A stretch of 64,000 nucleotides of DNA, from NCBI RefSeq assembly GCF_037042905.1, contig NC_087249.1, positions 10,604,001 to 10,668,000 of the forward strand, in the 5' to 3' direction. Each line of letters begins with the position of its first letter. The stretch's first letter is position 1. Below, in pieces: positions 37,662-50,707 of the stretch. The notes beneath the pieces are model-generated. The model searched no databases and was not told where the DNA came from. It saw only the letters and a program-made list of their open reading frames with translations. This stretch comes from Lytechinus pictus (lineage: Eukaryota). Position numbers and translations under genes: made by a program.

Positions 37662-39166
37662 AGGCCTGCGACCGTGGATGATGGCTAATCAATAATCAAG
37701 GTCATGTTAAAATCCATACAAAATGGAAAAGTTTGCCAACTTTAATAAGAAGCATAGACCACAGGTTAATGTGATAATATCGGATCGTAAAGTTTACGAA
37801 TTTTCAAAAGTTAATGGCTGAATCAACATAAAAATAAGAAATTTTAACTGGTTACTGCATCATCTGCATAATTAACGTGTAATGGTTATCATAGCAAGGA
37901 AAACATTTGATTAAAACGCTTACCTTCGATTAATCTAATAAACATCAATTCGCGCGTTACAATATTCAGAACTGCGGAATGGTTTCGTATCCTCTGATAT
38001 TGCAAGGGGTAATAAAGGTAAAGTTTATCTTCATCGAGCCGTATTTATCTAAAGAAAGTGAGAACACAAATATTTTTTCTTCATTATTTCTTTTGCTCCG
38101 AAGTAAAATCATGTGGCATTTCGATGATTTCTTTTCCCTTTTCACAATGACCACTGTGGACACGCACTCGACCTGCACTATTCGAGATGGCAGGCCGTAA
38201 AGGCGGAAGGGGGGGGGGGGTGTTGCCCAGGCTACGTCCATTTATTCATCAGCGGTCATCAAGCATTCTCTGTTTATTTCCGCCATGGGCACTCATTACA
38301 CGCGTCATCAGCACGGTGAACTCCGACCTTTCAGCAGACACGGGGAAGAAAAGCGATGTTGACGTTGATGTCGAGATGACAGTCGGAGATGTCCGTTTAG
38401 AACGTGGGCAGATGGTGGATGATGATTGTGCTGGTATTGGTGATGGTGGTTGTGGTGATGATGATGATGGTGATGATGATGATTTATTTTCTTGTATTCA
38501 TTTGTATTCATTTGTACTCTAAACTTGACAAGTCCAATGTTTAAAAACTATTCCGCTAATCGTTGGCTCACTGGGCTGAGGTTTTTGCCCCTCAATTACG
38601 TCTAAGATGGTAGTGGTAGTGGTAGATGTGATGATTGGGTGAAGTTAGTGCTGGTGATGATGTTGCTCTACTGTTGCTTCTGCTATTACATGGTGATGAT
38701 GCAAATGTTGACCGTGGTGACGATGCAGGGGTGGTTGTACATTGCTGATAAATGCATGGTGCATGCATATGCTACTGCTGCCACTTCTCTTGCTACTGAT
38801 GCTGCTACTGCATTATCAGGAATAGTGTGGTATACTGATTATGAAATTGTTGATAAGAATACGAATGAGAGGTACTGTTTTAACATGAGTAATAGTAATG
38901 GTGGTTACCACATACATTTCTTTATCTTGAGAGCAGATGTAATATCGGTACTCATGGTACTGGATTGAAGAAATAATTTGCCTCTTACCTCTTAAGTATA
39001 TAATTGGATGCTCCAGTTTCGATAGTCTTAATTTTACTTGAGCAATTTTCTGTTAAAGACATTTTGAGCTTTCTAAGATGTAGGCCTATACCTTTTGAGT
39101 ATCTATGAAAAAAAGATTTTTAATCAATTTTCAGCTACACGTACATTCCCCTGTGAGGGTGTCTTG

Positions 39167-39334
39167 CACTAGCGTACCTACGGGGGGGGGGGGCAGGGGG
39201 GCACTCTGCCCCCCCTGACGAGTCAAAACCCATGCAAAAACGTATCTTTGCCCCCCCTGACGGGCTTGAAAAACCTTTTTTGCCCCCCCTGACGAGCTTT
39301 AAAACCTTCAATGCCCCCCTGATGAGCTTGAAGA

Positions 39335-39375
<41 letters not shown>

Positions 39376-39448
39376 TGTCAATTTTTTTCTGGCTGGTACG
39401 AAATCCTTTATTTGTGATCGAAGACCTTCCTTTATTTGTGATCGAAGA

Positions 39449-39483
<35 letters not shown>

Positions 39484-39618
39484 GCTTGTCAATTTTTTTT
39501 CTGGTACGAAATCCTTTATTTTTGATCGAAGACCTTTTTTTTTTTTTTTTTTTTTGCTTGTCAAATTTTTTGGCGGACGGTTTTGCCCCCCCTGTGGAAA
39601 ATCCTAGGTACGCCACTG
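39167..39618. mobile_element. hAT-like non-autonomous element with internal tandem repeats
   Basis: Perfect 8-bp TSD GTGTCTTG (39159-39166, 39619-39626); TIRs cactagcgtaccta / taggtacgccactg (12/14); internal gcccccctgac repeats and poly-T-containing repeats. Confidence 0.88.
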
Positions 39619-42600
39619 GTGTCTTGTATTCATTTGTACTATAAGCCTGACAAGTCCAATGTTTAAAAACTATTCAGCTAATCACTGGCCCGAGGTTTTT
39701 GCCCCTCAATTATGTATAAAATTTGAATCGATAAAGATTTTGCCGTGGAATTCTCGAGTGGGGTGCGTTGACCCAACCAAAACATTCATTTTCATATCTC
39801 TCTCCTTTCTCTCTCTCTCTCTCCTGTTCTCCCCATTGAATTCTTTCCTCTCCCGCATTTTTATATTTTTCTTATATTTCTTCTGTTCTTACTCTCTCTC
39901 CCTCACTCTCTTTCTCGCTCGATCCCCCATCAACTCCTCTTCCTGCCCCCTCCAGGTCCGTTTCTGCCCCCTCCATCCATGTTGAGTGGTGAGGCGTGAA
40001 TTGCGCGATCCATTCCAGAGTATTGATGTATGATTCATTTTCAGTCTCTCCCTCTTCTCCATCTCCCCCCATACATAAACAAAAGGGAGCGAGAAGCAGG
40101 AGGTACCTTTCGATGGTGATGATGGGGGTTGATGGCATGGATGGGGTGATGGTGGTGATGATGATGATGATGGGGGCTTGTGGTGGAGGGATGGTGATAG
40201 AAAAGACAGAAACCGCCCGACACTCTAAAACGTATTTGGGACACCTGAGAAAATCAATAAATATGCGGCGAGTGAAGCATTGATCATTCGGTGTGTGGAA
40301 CTTTTTTTCCCCTCCTACCCTTTTTGGAGGGATGGAGGGGGGGGGGGTACCATTGGAAGAAATGATGAATAAGAGGACAAATCAGTATATTTTTAATGCT
40401 GTGATAATTTTATATTTATTTCAGTATTATAAGCGATGGAGTTTCAGCTGACCAACTTCCAGGACGGGGCCAAGGAAGATTCGAATAGTACAAACTCATT
40501 TTGTTTTCGAAAACCCCTCTATTTCAAAATTGAATCACTAATAACCTTCATATCTTACACAGTTTACGCATTTAATTTTTGCATAGATAATGAAAAGTAC
40601 AATTTACATTATTTCGAGCCAACATAGCAAAACCCTCTAGAAGGAAAAAACAGCCCCAACTGCCCCCGGCCCAACTATTTACCAAAAATTTAGAGGAAAA
40701 GTTATAGATTTACCTGGGAGTTCCCTGGATTTTATATGTGCTTTCCAAGGCAATAAACAACATTGGTTTATGAATCCTCTGATAAGTATGATTGTGCGCA
40801 CCATCTCAATTTGTATAGGTCATTGGTATGTCTGCATCATGAACATGCATGGAGAAGAAAATGATTAAAAGATACGTCATTTTAAACCAAAATATGCTAT
40901 GATTCATCAAACCTTTCATCAAGGTGTCCCTTCATCTTGCAAGACGCCCAAGTGACACCTCCGTGAACTAGACCTCCATTCGACGCATCTCCACAGCTAC
41001 CTCGCTCTGACGACATAACCCTACGACCTTTCACCTCTCCTCTCTCAAGTCTGCCGGTTGTTTATTTACGTCTCGGGACCGGGGTCGCATTCCGGGTCGG
41101 CTTCTGTAAATATCCGAATAGTTGAAGTCGGTGTCGGGTATCAACGGCAGCGAGATCGAGGGTTTAGATGTCGACGTTGAACAACGGTCGGGTCACGTCG
41201 GCGGGTAAACACTGAGTTTTTTGTTTACATATATCCGCGTTTTAAGTATCTCAGATGAGAAAGTAAATGTTCGGCAATTTGGAGTGAAACTATCTGTGAC
41301 CCATTGCACCGACACTCATACAAAACGAGGTACTTCCACCACAAGCCTAGAAAACTTAAAAATAAAGTAATGCCCGGATGGTAAAGTAAATTTGCATTTA
41401 ATGTGCAAAATGGCATTCGTAAATGACATTGTCAGATAGAGATGAATATCCCGAGCTCTGGATGTATCTCCCAGGCGCAGCACTGAGAGCAAGATATTTA
41501 TCCACATATTACACTCTCCACCCAGGCAAGATACGCCGTGTTCGGAGTTGATTAAGAACGTTGGATAAATTTCAAGCTTTCATAATCATACATAGCTTGA
41601 GACGCTATTGAGGTGAGATGTTATTATAACGCAAACTCAATATTGTCAAGCGCATTGAATATTAAAAAAAGTGGATATCCCAGTTTCATAACCGCAATTA
41701 TTATCATTGCTCTTCTTATAATCGTCATCATTATCGTTATTATCATCAATATATTAGTATTTTTTAATAATCATTGTTATCATTATATGTAAGAAAACAT
41801 ATTTAAAGGAATTGATGCACAGAACGGACCTTTTAACCATTGTTGGAATTAATATGGTATTACTTGAGAATACCAAAGCTGGAAATGAATTATTATAGAA
41901 GTCATGATGTACAGTCAGTTTGTTTCACATCAGAAAAGGCTATCGACTTTTGTCACGTGTGTATAATGTGGTCTTGCACGCATGCTCAATTGCATACTGC
42001 AATAATGAAACAAATGCACAATGTGTTCATGTGGTGTGTGCGTATGGATGTGGGTGTAAAACGAATCAATTCGAATTGATGCGATTTTTTTTGTTATTTC
42101 ACAATTCAATCTGTTAGACCGCAGTTTTATTGAATGTGAAAGAAGCTATTAGAAAAAATGTATTGCATTATTTCAAAGATATATATAGCAAATTAGTGAG
42201 GAAGTGTAAAGTTCATTACGGATCCCTTATACGATCAGGAACATAGTCTGCGGTTGTTGTTTTTTAAATTAGATGGAAGCACATGAAAGTTCAAAGATGA
42301 ATTGTTGTCTCAAAGATGTCAAAATTAGTATAGAAAAGATATCCCGGCGGACTTCTAACAAGCTTTTTTTCTAATTTTCCGAAAATTACACTTGATCCTC
42401 TCTTCAATCCAATCAATGTGGTTTTATGAATGCAATAATCCCGCTAGATTTGCTAAGATTCTCCAATCTATCTCTTCTTCACCAAACGCCCTTACAGCAA
42501 ATCTGCTAAAAGAATATCTCTGTGAGTTGAGAGGTTATGCTTGAAGGCTACATATAGCAAGCAATATAATTTCGGAAGAGCTGTTACAAATTCGCTTACC

Positions 42601-44486
42601 AGAAATGTATGATCATGAAAAGAGTAATGAGCGACATTTCCGACCAATTTAATAAAGTTAATTACATTCCCTCTACTGGAATGAGAAGGCTTCGCACTGA
42701 TACACATGCATCTATGCACATGACATTAATTGGAAAATCTATAAAACAATTTGTATGCAAGGAAATATAAGTGAAACGCCAAACGCCAAACCGCAATTTC
42801 ACCGATCTTCACCCCCGTTTACCTCCCGAAAATTGAACAAATATGATGTGAAATGATTCCATTTAAATTCATGTCTTTTGATTTTTTGGGAGGAACTTAA
42901 TGTAAATGATTATGATAGATATTCCCCCTTCATTTTTTCCGTTTTATTGATTGTGAAGGCAAGTGCTTCTCAACGGATGAGCAAAAAAGGAAAACTCCTA
43001 GTTTGACGGTTAACAAAGTTAATAATTGAATCACTCTTCCCTGCATGCCTTCAGTGGTACCAATGTGTGCATGGTCCTCCTTTTGACTTTAAAACACTTC
43101 CATATATTGTTATTTTATATATCTATTTTTCTCCATTCTACTGATACATGTTCAACAAAAACAGAGAAGTCGTAGAATACCCTTTTTAGTAGGACAAGAA
43201 GGTCTCCTTGATCAGGACAAAACATTGAAGTCGAGACTGGATTTATCTGCTCACATTACTGTCCTCATTCGTTACAAGTAAGAATGGCGTAATTAGTGCT
43301 ATTATCATCCCCCTCTAAATCGGACCGAGGGGCTATTATGACCCTCTTTCGATTTGAAGAGTGTGTCAATAGGTCCTAAGTGGTCCCTGATAGCCTTACA
43401 TACGATTCAGTGATCAATTAAAGGAAGGATCATCCTTACTTGAGTCGACGTCAAGGGGTATAGATCTAATCCCACAATCGGAGTCCCGACTGGATAAGTT
43501 TTATAAACCATTGCGCCGACCAAAACCGAATACTTACCTTTATTGTTAGCGTACTACAAGCATGACAAGCGGACGCTTTTGATGTTTTTGTTTTGTGTCA
43601 ACGAAATCGAAACTGTATTGGATAGTACCTGTGTTGTCAGCGTTATTTTAATCCCACTTTCCGCTCGCGTGACACCGCATGATATCAAGCAATTTTTTGT
43701 TTATATTTTTTGAAAAGTGTCAGATTTTCACTTCGGTGAAAATTGGATTTAGGAGAACGTCTGAGCGCGATTGATTTGAGAAATGGCAAGTTCTAAAAAA
43801 TATGTGTTTTGTTGACTTTGCTTGCAAAAAAAGAAACGATGAAGAAAAATATGATGAAGAAAAATATGATTAATGGAAATATCAACATTTTGTACCTATC
43901 GAGGAGAATCGCTTTGAACATGCTTACAGAGGTTTCAATCTCGACTGATTGAAATTGAAGTCCACGTGTAAGCTTTCAAATTCCATACAATTCTCCAGGA
44001 TTGAAGAATAAGGCAACTACATGCATAGCGCAATAAGTTGACGAACATCACTTGCTATAATTCTCGAAAAAATGTATATATTCTTCTTTTAGAAAGAAAT
44101 GGCAAATTTTGTGCCTTTTCATTCCATTTTCAAAAACGAAACAATGTACCCTGCGTTGACCACGGAATATGAACCTAATGAAGATTAAATTATCATCAAA
44201 CCCCTCCTTGTAGATTGATGGAAGGTATTCAGTCAAGCTGATATTACTTTTGTTGTAATATTCACACATCGTCTCAATATTAGCACAAACATATACCCAC
44301 ACAAATATTATGGTGATATTCACACAAATGTTGTATGAGTATACAATATATTTCTATTGTTATTGTAAAAAAAACCATTGTAATATTTTACTTGCTGAGT
44401 ATAATTTTACTAGAAAAAATACCACATGTAAAAAAGGGGTACTCACATTTCATGGAAACGTCCATGCACATATGAACCGACACAGT

Positions 44487-44670
44487 GGAGCGTTGAAGCC
44501 CTGTCTACGGTCTTTGAAACAGAGGGTCGTGGGTTCGAATCCCGCCACGGCGAATTTTCCTTAAAGCAAGAAATTGGTCCACTTTGTGCTGCACTCAACC
44601 TAGGTGAGGCGAATGGGTACCCGCTAGGAGTTATTCCTTGAACGCTTTACCGCCTAATATGGCCATGATA
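44487..44670 (+). mobile_element. tRNA-derived SINE, 5' part
   Basis: B-box GGTTCGAATCC at 44532-44542; core tgctgcactcaacctaggtgag...aatgggtacc; ends abruptly at the LINE tail. Confidence 0.85.
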
Positions 44671-44671
44671 A

Positions 44672-45309
44672 TTGATTGATTGATTGATTCTTTATTTCCA
44701 TGCAAAAATAAATCATACAACAGAAAATATATTGACAATATCTCATGGTAAAATAACAATAAACAATCATTGCATGGGAGGGAACAGTCATAAGCACAAG
44801 GCTTGAAAAGGACGCCCCTCAAGAAAGACTACGGCCCTGAATAAAATCACTATAAGTCATAATTAAAAATTACAGTAAAAGCAGGGCCAAAAGAAAAACA
44901 CATCAAGCATGTCAAGAATAAATCAAATGATAATAACACACCAGCCGTGTATCGATTAATATTACTATGTTTAACATAGATACGTCGTATAAAATAATAC
45001 AAAAAATAAAGTATGCAATATGATGAAAGTCATGAAACTGATGATAGAACAATATCTTAACTCAAATAAGTGTTAATAATGGAATGCTTAAACTCAAACT
45101 TAAATTTGTTCAATGTAGGAGCACCACGTATTGTTAAAGCTATATCATTCCAGGTATCTGGACCAGTATGTCTTATTGACCTATGGGCTAAGGCAGTTAG
45201 CGGATTTGATAAATGTAAATTTGTTGAGGTTCTCGTAGGATAATTATGAATAAACGAATTCAAAAGGAACATATGATCAAATGTTAATGGTAATTGGCGA
45301 CAGTGAAAC
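44672..45309 (-). mobile_element. LINE (L2/Crack/CR1 group) 3' segment: ORF2 C-terminus, 3' UTR and (AATC)n tail
   Basis: FHCRQLPLTFDHMF...HNYPTR...SIRHTGPDTWN...FKFEFK (stop at 45057) is typical of CR1-group ORF2 ends; (TTGA)n at 44672-44689. Confidence 0.9.
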
Positions 45310-45313
45310 TTAA

Positions 45314-45906
45314 AGGTCAAGTCCACCCCAGGAAAATGCTGACTTGAATAAATAGAGAAAAATCAAACTAGCATAGTGCTGAAAATTTCATCGAAATCGG
45401 ATGTGAAATAAGAAAGTTATGACATTTTAAAATTTCGCTTATTTTTCACAAAACAGTGATATGCACAACTAGGTGAGTCAGTCGATGATGTCCATCACTC
45501 ACTATTTCTTTTGTTTTTTTATTGTTTGAATTGTAAAATATTTCATTTTTTATAGATTTGACAATAAGGACCAACTTGACTGAACCACATAGTATTAAAC
45601 AATGCTAATTCCACATGTTCAGGGAAGAATTAATCGTTGTATCACTTGACAATGAGGAGAAAATTGAAATATTTCATATTTCATATAATAAAATACAAAA
45701 GAAATAGTGAGTGGATGACGTCACCAGTCTCCTCATTTGCATATTGACCAGGATGTGCATATAACTGTTTTGTGAAATTAAGCGAAACTTTAAAATGTCA
45801 TAACTTTCTTATTTTACATCCGATTTTGATGAAATTTTCAGTGTTATGTTTGTTGGATTTTTCTCTTTTTATTCAAATCAACTTTTTGTTGGGGTGGACT
45901 TGTCCT
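45314..45906. mobile_element. Kolobok-like non-autonomous element
   Basis: TTAA at 45310-45313 and 45907-45910; TIRs aggtcaagtccacccca / tggggtggacttgtcct; same family as 50169-50707. Confidence 0.9.
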
Positions 45907-45910
45907 TTAA

Positions 45911-47348
45911 AGTTGAATTAAGAAGGGGGTGAGTTTCCATAAATATAGGTTCTACATACAATATATAGTATATATAAGTTGTTCAAACACATAGCATGTC
46001 ACAATAATCCTCTGCCTTCTCGATATTTTGCTTTGAAAGTCTATGAAATTAGCCACCTGTCAGAGCCCGAGAGACGAGTGTACAGAAAAGTCACTCGGAG
46101 TGTGACGTCACCGGGGGGAATTTAGTATAAGAGGTGCCTGAATGTCATACAGAAATGCTATGCAGAGAGAGAAAGATATTTTACAATTTTTTTTCAAAGC
46201 AACTCAAATCAAACAAATAGGACTGATATGTACAAATCTTTACTTTCCCTGTATAAAAAACAGTATGAATAACCACCATGAACTCTTCAATCATGATGTA
46301 AGATAGCAAACAGTGAGTTATTGAATGATATTTTCACTATTTCTCATTTATTTTATCACGATGTTCAATCAAGTGAGTAGCTGGAAAGTAATTCCGGCGG
46401 CTAGCTCAGCGCGCGCTGAACGCATAATACTAGTACACACAACACCCAGGCATTGAGTGTACTGTTATGGTCTGGTATGTCGACTTAGTTCATGGCCGTG
46501 CAGCGATCCCCTGGCGTTTTTCCTTCTTTTCTTTTGTCTTTGACTCCACTTTTATATCCTCTGGATCATTTCCACTCATAGCTCATTCCACAGAACAATC
46601 TTGAACCAAACGTATAGTATTCTTTCTCGGCCTTCTGAGTTGTTTTCTATATTTAATTACGCTAGGGGTCACCGTCACACATACAAACGCAATTCGGAAG
46701 TGAGTTGAAGACAGAAAGATATATAGTAATTAGTATACATCTCTATGGTTGAAGACAACAAGAACGGTACGGTAGCTCGACAGCTAGCTGCGCCGGAGCG
46801 GGCGGCCGGTCGGCACAAAGCAATTCCGCAACCAACTGTGTTTTTTTGCAAGAGCCGCGTCACACGCGGATAAATATGTCATAATAACACGTCTGCTACG
46901 TTATCGACTGGTGAGAAGATCTCGATCAAATTTCATATTATTCACCTTGAAATTATTCCTTTAGGGTCTATGGTATCATTCTGAGGGAATTCACATATTT
47001 GGAATAATAGTACGGCCACAAATATTTTAATCATTTCCTCTTTGCAAGTTCTATGGCTCGCAGATACAACTTCAACTGCAGTTATTCCATAGTAGTACAC
47101 AAAACGGCACTGCCTTGTTTACTAAACCGGGACCGAATACCCCCCGGTGACGTCACACTCAAAGAACACCCGTCTCGGTAGGCATTGCAGGAGCGAACTC
47201 AGGGAAAATGGGTAGGGATAAATCGTTCAAATTTACTATTTTGAAAAAAGAAAATGGGGGGTCGAATCACCTATTAGTGTTTGGGGGGTTGTAAGGTTGC
47301 TATTAATGTAAATATCTCAATATCTGGAATCGTCTTCTTAATTCAACT
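45911..47348. mobile_element. 1.44-kb TTAA-flanked non-autonomous DNA transposon (Kolobok-like)
   Basis: Perfect 15-bp TIRs agttgaattaagaag / cttcttaattcaact; TTAA at 45907-45910 and 47349-47352; perfect 21-bp internal IR at 46098-46118 and 47140-47160. Confidence 0.88.
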
Positions 47349-47352
47349 TTAA

Positions 47353-47790
47353 ACATAAACAAAGCAATTTGAAATTTATGTATATCATCAATTTTTAAAG
47401 TCTTGAAACGGTTAAAGAGGGGACCAGTATTTTCATAAAAACCAGCGTCGGCACACAAACGAATAGCTTTCTTTTGAAGTAAAAGGATATGGTGATTTTT
47501 TTTTATTTGAATGAGCCCCATATAATATTGCAATAAGTGATATGTGGAAGTAAAATAGAATTATAGATTGAGAGTAATGCTTGAGGAGGTAAATAGTGTT
47601 TAACTTTAAACATTATACCTATACATCTTGATACAGACGTCAATATTTTAGATACATGGTCATCCCATGTTAAAAACTCATCTAGAATGACACCTAAAAA
47701 TCTCACATTATATTTTTGTTCGATAGAAATCCCACTTATCTTTATTTCTTCTGTATAATGATCAGCTATTGTTTTGGAGTTCTTGAAATC
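47353..47790 (-). mobile_element. LINE 5' segment (RT C-terminal region), 5'-truncated
   Basis: RFLGVILDEFLTWDDHV...IYNSILLPHITYCNIIWG, a frameshift, then LQKKAIRL...PLFNRFKTLKIDDIHKFQIALFMFK; continues in frame into the 45309 segment once the insertions are removed. Confidence 0.92.
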
Positions 47791-47993
47791 AATATAATGG
47801 TGGCGGCTCAGCTACAGTATCAAGCATAGTAAAGTATATGGGTATACCTTTTGTAACAATGCTATATAAATGGACCATTATACAGTAGCAACACATGTAA
47901 GATTGAAATCTGAGTCTATTCAGCAAAATGATTACGGCATTGGCGTACAGATGGGGGGGGACCTTGAATGGCGCTCACCCCCTACCCCCCCCA

Positions 47994-48032
<39 letters not shown>

Positions 48033-48884
48033 AAGAGAGAAGAGTGAAATATGATATCATTTTCTGAATATTATGTCAAAATCTTTCACAAAATTGGATG
48101 TAAGAAAACGATGCCTCCTTTGTGATCATTAATACACTCAAACAAAATTTCATTAGTAACTTGCCTGCAGCGGGAAATAATCCAGTAATATATTCATTCT
48201 AGCTATCAGAATGTTTTTGCCCTTCAAGAGACGCAACACGAGACTCCGTAAGGGCACTTGTCTTCTACAGTCGTTTTGACGACTTTATGACACTTCGGTC
48301 CCACACGTTGACATTGATGATGGGAAAATCGGCAGGTGAGGTACACGCTAAGCAAACGGTGCTGTTTGGTTAAGGCAAACGGCTTTGACATTTTTATAGA
48401 CCCATGGTGATGGGTGATTACAGTCGTTTACTAGCAAGTTTAATGAGTTTCATTTAATTCATTCATCGGAGAACTCACTAATATTGATATATTGATGTGT
48501 GGAGCAAATGAGAAGCAGGTTTTTTGCCTCAAACTTTCCCCTTTCCTGCATGCGCGTGCGATCGTTATTCCATTTCCAATATACATTTCAACTGCTGAGA
48601 GGTTATTTCAAATAACTTTTAGGAATCATTTGACTTCACAGAGCCCTAACACATTCCATTTTCTTATATCTCTCTTCTTATCATTGTTTAACAATTTCAG
48701 AAGGCAGAGGAAGTGTACAGTTGCCATGGTTCCAGTCTTGAGGAAGTAGTCCCAGTCAAACGAAAAAAAAAAATCAGACACAGTTAGATGCGTGGATTCA
48801 GGACTTAAAGACTTGAACGTTTTGTTATCTATCTGAAACATAGATGACCCATCCGAAAATCATTGAAAGAAATAGATTTAACAT

Positions 48885-49126
48885 TACTGCAAAAACTCCG
48901 GTGTTGATTTAACACCAGCCCGGAATCTATATATGTCCACACCAGAAAAGTATTGAAACTACACCAGTTTGGAATCAAACCCATGCTGTTTTAATGCTAA
49001 TTGGTGTTGTATAAACACCCATCTGGTGTTAGACCAAAACCAAACTGGTGTTGTTTAACATTTCTCTGGTGTGGACATATATATATTCTGGGCTGGTGTT
49101 AAATCAACACCGGTGTTTTTGCAGTG
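48885..49126. mobile_element. CACTG-family palindromic MITE (copy 2)
   Basis: Same TIRs as 31025-31233. Confidence 0.9.
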
Positions 49127-49506
49127 TATTGATCTGGCTGGTTTAATTATGAGTAACCTACCCGCATGTCCATAGACCACTGTCAGTTGCGAGATATCAA
49201 TGTGAACCAATTCTGTTTTATCAACAAGCTCGATTAGATATTTTAATTATACTGCTAGCGTAATAAACCAAAAACTTTGAGGGGCCATACATGGCGTATG
49301 AGGCAAATTTTTGACCAGTTAAAAAAAAGATTTTGATGTAATATTTAGAAAAAAAAACTTTTCACACCTTTTCATTTCCCTTTTTTCAATTTCTCCCCAT
49401 TTTCTTGGTCTTGGAAATGTTGGGGTCCATGGCCACCCAAGTCCCCCTCCTCCATCCGTACGCCTCTGGTGAGTATTCTTGGTTTATTATGTATTTTTAG
49501 TCCCTA

Positions 49507-49754
49507 CACTGTAAAAACACCGGTGTTGATTTAACACCAGCCCGGAATCTATATGTATGTCCAAACCAGAGAAAAGTTAAACAACACCAGTTTGGTTTTG
49601 GTCTAACACCAGATAGGTGTTTGTACAACACCAATTAGTATTTAAACAGCATGGGTTTGATTCCAAACTGGTGTTGTTTCAATACTTTTCTGGTGTGGAC
49701 ATAATTATATAGATTCCGGGCTGGTGTTAAATCAACACCGGAGTTTTTGCAGTG
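49507..49754. mobile_element. CACTG-family palindromic MITE (copy 3, inverted relative to copy 2)
   Basis: TA/TA flanks; the interior is the reverse complement of copy 2. Confidence 0.9.
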
Positions 49755-50168
49755 TATATAGTGTCTGCTCCCTTCTCCACTCTACAAATCAATTTCTCCC
49801 GTCACGGTTTTTGGAGAGTGACTTTTTACAGTTTCCATGGAAACGCAGCTTACGTGCCGCAAATTTATCACCATGCCGCATTGTGGCATTATTTTTATTT
49901 ACATCATTACGACTGAATGTTTAATGAGATCGAAAACCTGCGCTAATGAGTTATTTGAAAAGGATATACTGGAGATGATATGATAGGCGTTTATTGTGCA
50001 AAGGATGGTCTGGGCCCAGACAAGTAACATGAAGGTTTGCGATGAATTGCAAATATGAAAGCACCACTCTGATTGGTTTGTGGTCGGTGTTTTGAACAAA
50101 GTGAACATGCAATTGTGATCTTGATTGGTCATTGACATTTAGAAACTGATTGCAAGCCTCTATTTTAA

Positions 50169-50707
50169 AGGACAAGTCCACCCCAACCATGCCAACTAAA
50201 AGTTGATTTGAGTAAAAATTAGAAAGTTATTGATTCACAAAACAGTTATATTCACATCCTGGTCGGTATGTAAATGAGGAGACTGATGACGTCATCCATT
50301 CACTATTTATTTTGTATTTTATTACATGATATATGAAATATTCGAATTTTCTCCTCATTGTCAAGTGAAACATCGATTAATTCCTCCCTGAACATGTGGA
50401 ATTAGCATTGTTCAATACTATATGGTTCAGTCAAGTTGGTCCTTATTGCCAAATCTGTAAAAAATGAAATATTGTATAATTCAAACAATAAAAACAAAAG
50501 AAATAGTGAGTGACGGACATCATAGTCTGTCTCATATGCATGTCACTGAGTTGTGCATATCACTGTTTTGTGAAAATTAAGCGAAACTTTAAAATTTCAT
50601 AACTTTCTTTTATTTTACATCCGATTTTGATGAAATTTTCAGATTTATGCTAGTTTGATTTTATCTATTTATTCAAATAATTTTTTTTTCTGGGGTGGAC
50701 TTGACCT
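50169..50707. mobile_element. Kolobok-like non-autonomous element, opposite orientation to 45314-45906, internally deleted
   Basis: TTAA at 50165-50168 and 50708-50711; TIRs aggacaagtccacccca / tggggtggacttgacct. Confidence 0.9.

Noticed and set aside
39223..39644. Lys-rich and Phe-rich ORFs
   Set aside because: Poly-T tracts and tandem repeats inside a hAT-like MITE.
43528..43630. Minus-strand exon ending at a strong AAG|GTAAGT donor
   Set aside because: Weak acceptor and no informative reading frame; such donors occur by chance in 64 kb.
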